A stretch of DNA of 64,000 bases, taken from assembly GCF_009914755.1 (NCBI RefSeq), contig NC_060948.1; one strand, written 5' to 3'. The translations under genes and the position numbers were made by a program. Shown one piece after another: positions 55,010 to 64,000 of this stretch. The first letter of the stretch is position 1. Each line of letters begins with the position of its first letter. The notes below the pieces were generated by a model, which worked only from the letters and a program-made list of their open reading frames with translations, did no database searches and had not been told where the DNA came from. Source of the stretch: the human T2T-CHM13v2.0 reference genome, Homo sapiens.

Positions 55010-55579
55010 CATTAGTTTTCTATTGCTGCCAAAACAAAATTTAGTGGCTTAAAAACCCATTTATTATCACACAGTTTTGTAGGTCAGAAGTCTGCACAGT
55101 TCTGCTGGGTTCCCTCCTCAAGTACTCAATGGTCTGAAATCAAGGAGTCTGCTATTGGCTTTTATCAGGAGCATCTGGGGAAGAATCTGCTTCAAGCTCA
55201 TCCAGGTTGTTGGCAGGAATCCAGCCCTGTGAGGTTTCAGGTACCCACAGCCTTGCAGGGTAGTGGCTGCTTACTGCTTGCAGAAGCTCCTACATTCCTT
55301 TTCACATGGCCCTTCTGATTTTCAAACCAGCAATGAAGCATTGAGTTCTTTTCGCACTTCACATTTCTCTGGCTTCCTGTCCATCATCTGCTGAGAAGGC
55401 TCTCTGCCTTCACAGGCTTATGTGATTAGCTCAGGCCCACCCAGGAAAACCTCCCTAACTTAGGTCAACTGTGGTATGTAACAGAACAATCATGCGAGAG
55501 CTATCTTGTCATATACATGGGTTCTAGAGATTAGGCGAGGACCTTTTGGGGAGGCATTTTAGAAATTCCAACTATCACA
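55010..55579 (-). mobile_element. MLT1 (MaLR) LTR
   Basis: ATTAGTTTTCTATTGCTGCC...TAGTGGCTTAAAA...GTAGGTCAGAAGTC...TTTTGGGGAGGCATT...ACTATCACA. Confidence 0.72.
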
Positions 55580-57440
55580 AGGATCTCCCTTATAAAAAAT
55601 GGTCTAATTTATCTGTAACATCCTAAAAGAAACATCCATAGCACATGGCCTCTCAGCTGCACTAGGTGATTACATACATTCAGAATCAGGGCAATACCAA
55701 AAGTGCTGTCTTATGCAGGGAAAAAAACAGGCGTCCATGTGACCTGGTATACATATGTGTAAGAGAGTATACTTCCAAGGAAAAATTAACTTTTAAAAGC
55801 AAGTATTAAATCACATATGTCTTCATCATATTATATGTCTTGATTTGTCTTTACCGACTACTTAATACATATAGAACAAAAAGTTAAACATAGTCAAATA
55901 CAGTATTTACATTCAGTTCATATTATAAATATTTCTGAAAAATCTCATATGCCAGATTGTGACTACCCTATCAATTTAAGGCATGTAAAATGTTAAGGCA
56001 TGTAAAAATGGTATCATGTAACATCATCTCATATATTGCAGCATATGTCACTATATTTTAAAAGAAAAACCATTAAGTTCATTAAATGATAGAAATAGAC
56101 TCATCTTTTGTTGTCTCTATTGTGCTACCTAATATTATTAGAATTTTAAAGCTCTTAGCATCTATGCAGACCTGCACCTCCCTTTTGTGAATATTCCCAG
56201 CTTCTGAAGAATTTCTGGATCTTTTGGAAACTCACAAAATGCACTCATTGTAGAAGGAAATATATGGATATATTAAGGCCTCCATAAGATACCTAAGGCA
56301 AGCCATTTTATATGTATAATTGAAAACTCTTGTGATTCATAAATGCATTTGCAGCCTCCGGCATATTTTCCCTCTAGCCTTTCACATGCTGTGTACTATA
56401 TAGGATGAAAATGACCAACAGGGGAATGAGGAGCTCTAAAACTTGTGTGGCTCTAGCACATGGGTCACGTTTCTCACATTTAATATCTATGTTTACTTTC
56501 CCCATAGCTTGGAGTTTTAGGTTCACACAGATGTGTATGGGCATCTGAAACTATGAAATACATTCAGATGATTTAAAAAAAACACAGCCTCAGTGAACAC
56601 CTGAGAAAAGAAGCCTGATCAGTCCCTCCAAAATATTGTTAGAATACAGCATAGAGTATATCGTAAATTTTAAAAGTCCTTATTTAGGCCTTAAATCCTA
56701 CTGTTTGAGTTTCACTCCATTTCTCTAATTGAGATTCCAGGTCTCTCCCCACTAGCCTGTCATGATGTTACTGACCACCATTATACTTCTTTAGGAAGTA
56801 AGCTTTCCTTGAAGCCTGGGAAGAGATGGGTATTTTCATATGGTAAATGTCACAGTCCAGCAGCCTGTTTGGGTAGCAGTAACTTTAATTTTATTTGGAC
56901 TAGGCTGTGAATCAAAACTTTTACAAAGGAATTAGTGAGGCTCTCCAGACCTCACATTTCATGAGGAGATAAATATTAATACTTGGGACCTAAGTAACAT
57001 AGGGTAGAACTTTTTATTTCTGAGTAGATTCCACAGGCTTTTTCTCTTTTGATTCCCACAAAAACCAAAATATTAACTCATATATTTTGGAGTGACCGAT
57101 ATACTAGCAAATTGCAATAAACAGGAATCTGAATTGACTTGGGAAGACCTATGGTTAGCCTTCATGTTAGAAATAAGATTCTCAAGTGTGTGTGGCCTCT
57201 GACTCCTTTCCAGACGGCTAAATGGGATAGGAGCGGAGAGATCAAATCTCAAGCAGCAGCATTCATTCCCTGCATTTACATTAAGCACCTGTATGTGCCC
57301 AGCCTTGTGAGTAGTACTTACAGGAATAAAATCGACAATTACAGAATCTAAGACATGGCTCTCTGATCTCAAAGAGCTCTTCTTTGAGGAGGTAAAATAT
57401 GCACACTCATAAAACAAATAGAATGTAATTCAAGAAAGTT

Positions 57441-57754
<314 letters not shown>

Positions 57755-58316
57755 TCAAATGTTAGACCATCTAGTACATACAGTAAATAAAAAGGGGTAG
57801 TTAGGAAAGGGAGAGACCAATACTGACTAGATATTCTGGGCAAGGCGATAATGGAAGGAACAAACTTAGTGGATACATCAGCTTGAAGTCTGAAACTGGA
57901 TGGTCATGAAAAATGACACTATTATGTGTGACTTGTAAGTGATCTTACATAAGTTGGGGCCTTGAAAGGGCCACAGTCATCCCAAAGTGCTACTCTGCCT
58001 TGAAAGATGAAATTTAGAAGGATAAAGAACTGAAGCTTTCTTTGATTCTTCCACTTTCATACCCCTAGTAGGGAACTTGAGTCTTCAAATGCACAAGTTT
58101 CTTATTTAGGGGGCTAAACCACCTCCCAGAGCAGAATAGGTATTTTAAAATGTAGACTTTTGGGACAGGGGATGCTTTTGTAGTTTATTTTCTTGGTTTT
58201 GGCAGGGAAGGGTCTCCTCAGATGAGAAAAATCTCAGTAATTCAGGCCCTGCTAATTCAGAACTTGTTACAATTTAACAGGTCCTGAGTTTTATCATAGA
58301 CACTTGTAAATACTAA

Positions 58317-58321
<5 letters not shown>

Positions 58322-58384
<63 letters not shown>
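58322..58384. repeat. Compound (TA)n(GA)n microsatellite at the tail of an Alu fragment
   Basis: Direct reading; followed by a reverse Alu right-arm relic at ~58385-58510. Confidence 0.95.
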
Positions 58385-58386
<2 letters not shown>

Positions 58387-58539
58387 TTGCGTTGTCAGAG
58401 TGTACTGGCATGATCATCGCTCACTGCTACCTCTATTTCCTGGGCTCAAAGTGATCCTTCTGCCTCAGCCTTCTGAGTATCTGGGACTACATGCATGCAC
58501 CACCACACCTATTTTAAAATGATGTAAAATTCTGACTTT

Positions 58540-58795
58540 GGCTGGGCACAGTGGCTCACACCTGTAAGCGCAGCACCTTGGGACGCTGAGGCAGGAGGAT
58601 CACTTGAGGTTGGGAGTTTGAGACCAGCTTGGTCAACAAGTTAGTGAGGCCCCAGCACACCTATAGTCCCAGCTATTAGGGAGGCTGAGGCAAGAGAATT
58701 GCTTGAGGCCAGGAGTTTGAGACTGCAGTGAGCCATGATGGTGCTACTGTACTCCAGCCTGGGTGACAGAGCGAGATCCTGTCTCAAAAAAAAAA
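58540..58795 (+). mobile_element. Alu (AluJ) lacking the central A-rich linker
   Basis: Left arm runs straight into CACCTATAGTCCCAGCT; TSD AAAATTCTGACTTT. Confidence 0.88.
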
Positions 58796-58979
58796 AAAAT
58801 TCTGACTTTTTACTAATCTAGGTTTGTTTGTTCCTGTTATTCTGTTACATTTTTCCTTAAGATAGCTTTTGTTGTCATCATCTCTCTTTCCAAGTCAGAT
58901 TCAGTAGTCAGGGATACTGGTAATAATCTAGGAGCTATTTAAAGAAGAGACAGTAGTTTCACTAGAACAGTTACATGCC

Positions 58980-59210
58980 TTACTGGTTAAGGCTGAGGCT
59001 CTTGATCCAGATAGCTGGCTCCAGCATTTACTAAGTTATGTGATCTTACATGATTACTTAACTTCTCTGTTCAGTGTCCTTGTCATTAAAATGAGATAGT
59101 TAACTTGGTGTTTATGGTTATCAAACGTATTAAATGAGACAATAAATGTAAGTGCTTGGTACAGCACTGACAAAGAGTAAATGTTCAATAAATTTTAGCT
59201 ATTGATATTA
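58980..59210 (+). mobile_element. MIR
   Basis: TGTGATCTTACATGATTACTTAACTTCTCTGTTCAGTGTCC...ATTAAATGAGACAATAAATGTAAGTGCTTGG...TTCAATAAATTTTAGCTATT. Confidence 0.7.
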
Positions 59211-60239
59211 CTACAGTCCTCCATACTTTTTTTTATTCTCTCTCGTCCCTCTTTGGTCTTTTGGTTCTCCCAATGTTTGTTGGCTGCAAGAGGAATAAGC
59301 TCAAATAAATTCCTCAGCACTCAAGTAAAGGGTTTTGATTATTTGTAGATTTTGATTAACCAGGCTAATTCCTACTTCCCTTTCTAATCTACACACATTT
59401 AAGGTCATTATTTTACTGTCTGGATGGATATATGTACTTTCAGACAACCAACTATGTAAAGTTGATTTTGGAAATCAATGCAAAACATTTTTTAAAATGC
59501 TATAATATACTCTCATCTATTTTATAACTTTATTTAAATCTAGAATATTTAACTTTTCATACAACTTTTAAAATAGCCACTTGCAATTTTATGTACAACT
59601 CCTATATGAAAATGTTGCTTTCATAATGAACTATGAGAGGTTAAAGTCCAGACACACTTTCAGTATCTTTATCTAATCATGTCACTGGTAGAACTCTTTC
59701 CATGCTGTGTAACCAAAGAAGGCTGTTGGATTTTGGAACTGTTATGAGAACTAACATTCCAGTTGTGGATAACCGTCACTCACTGCATGATAACCAGGTC
59801 AAGAATGGAATAAAAAGGAGGCTTAAAAGAAATAAAAAGCTGATGAAAGCCAACTCTGATTGTTTCCCTTTGGTCTTCTTATAGTAATAAATTGCCAGCT
59901 CACCCAAATATTAACAGATTAAGAAAAGAAATTAAAAACCAATGCTGAATAGTCTGGGAACTTTTCCAAACTTTAAAAAATAATCCCTTGTCACACAACT
60001 GGTTAGGTACTGAAGACAAAACTAGAATGCAACACAAAACTCATAACCAATTGACCCTTAACTAAATTTCTGAATCCTTTGAGAACTGAAACTCATCACC
60101 GTAACATAAGTTTGACCACAATACCTCTGAACAAAGAAACCAGATACAAGACCTGCTGTCTTCCTGCATGTGATTCCACTGGTGATGGAATAGGAAAGCA
60201 CCATTAGAAAAAGAAACATATCTCTTATCTGCTGTGGTT

Positions 60240-61575
<1,336 letters not shown>

Positions 61576-61794
61576 GGAGGATTCACAATAGGGCAGGTGG
61601 CTTTGATACACATTTATCATGGAACTAAAAATTAGAGTAGAAGGGCAGGACACCGCTTGCAGGAAAGGGAGCTGATGTCTTCGAAGCTCCCAGTCTCTCT
61701 GGTCAACAAACCAAGACTTCAGATGCCATCTCCCCCAGCTCTATGTAGGACATGAGTTAACTAGGCCAGTCTCTACTAAGAATTCATGTAATGG

Positions 61795-64000
<2,206 letters not shown>

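Overview
This is primate, most likely human, nuclear DNA rather than prokaryotic. I found no intact protein-coding gene, RNA gene or CRISPR array, and nearly all ORFs in the track come from repeats or chance. The left ~30 kb is AT-rich and retroelement-dense. It holds a degraded betaretrovirus-like provirus best matching HERV-K(HML-5)/LTR22 (gag, dUTPase-pro, pol, env, 3' LTR). The 5' LTR is missing and replaced by a doubly truncated L1. Two solo LTRs are nested in the provirus (an LTR6-like element in protease, LTR12C in integrase), and a third LTR6-like solo LTR lies just upstream. From ~32.8 to 42.6 kb the minus strand carries two exons of the RERE (atrophin-2) BAH domain with splice sites and their intron, one exon frameshifted. 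This is an unprocessed, segmental-duplication-derived RERE pseudogene fragment of the REREP1Y/REREP2Y/REREP3 type; the exact copy cannot be assigned from sequence alone. The rest is intron-like sequence with Alu, L2, MIR, MER5A, MER41A, MLT1 and a terminal 5'-truncated young L1. I cannot support a new biological system. The best leads are structural: a possible LTR12C-driven chimeric env transcription unit, an apparent mosaic of two blocks with different mutation loads, and several datable rearrangement junctions. Repeat subfamily names come from recalled consensus sequences and need RepeatMasker/Dfam confirmation.
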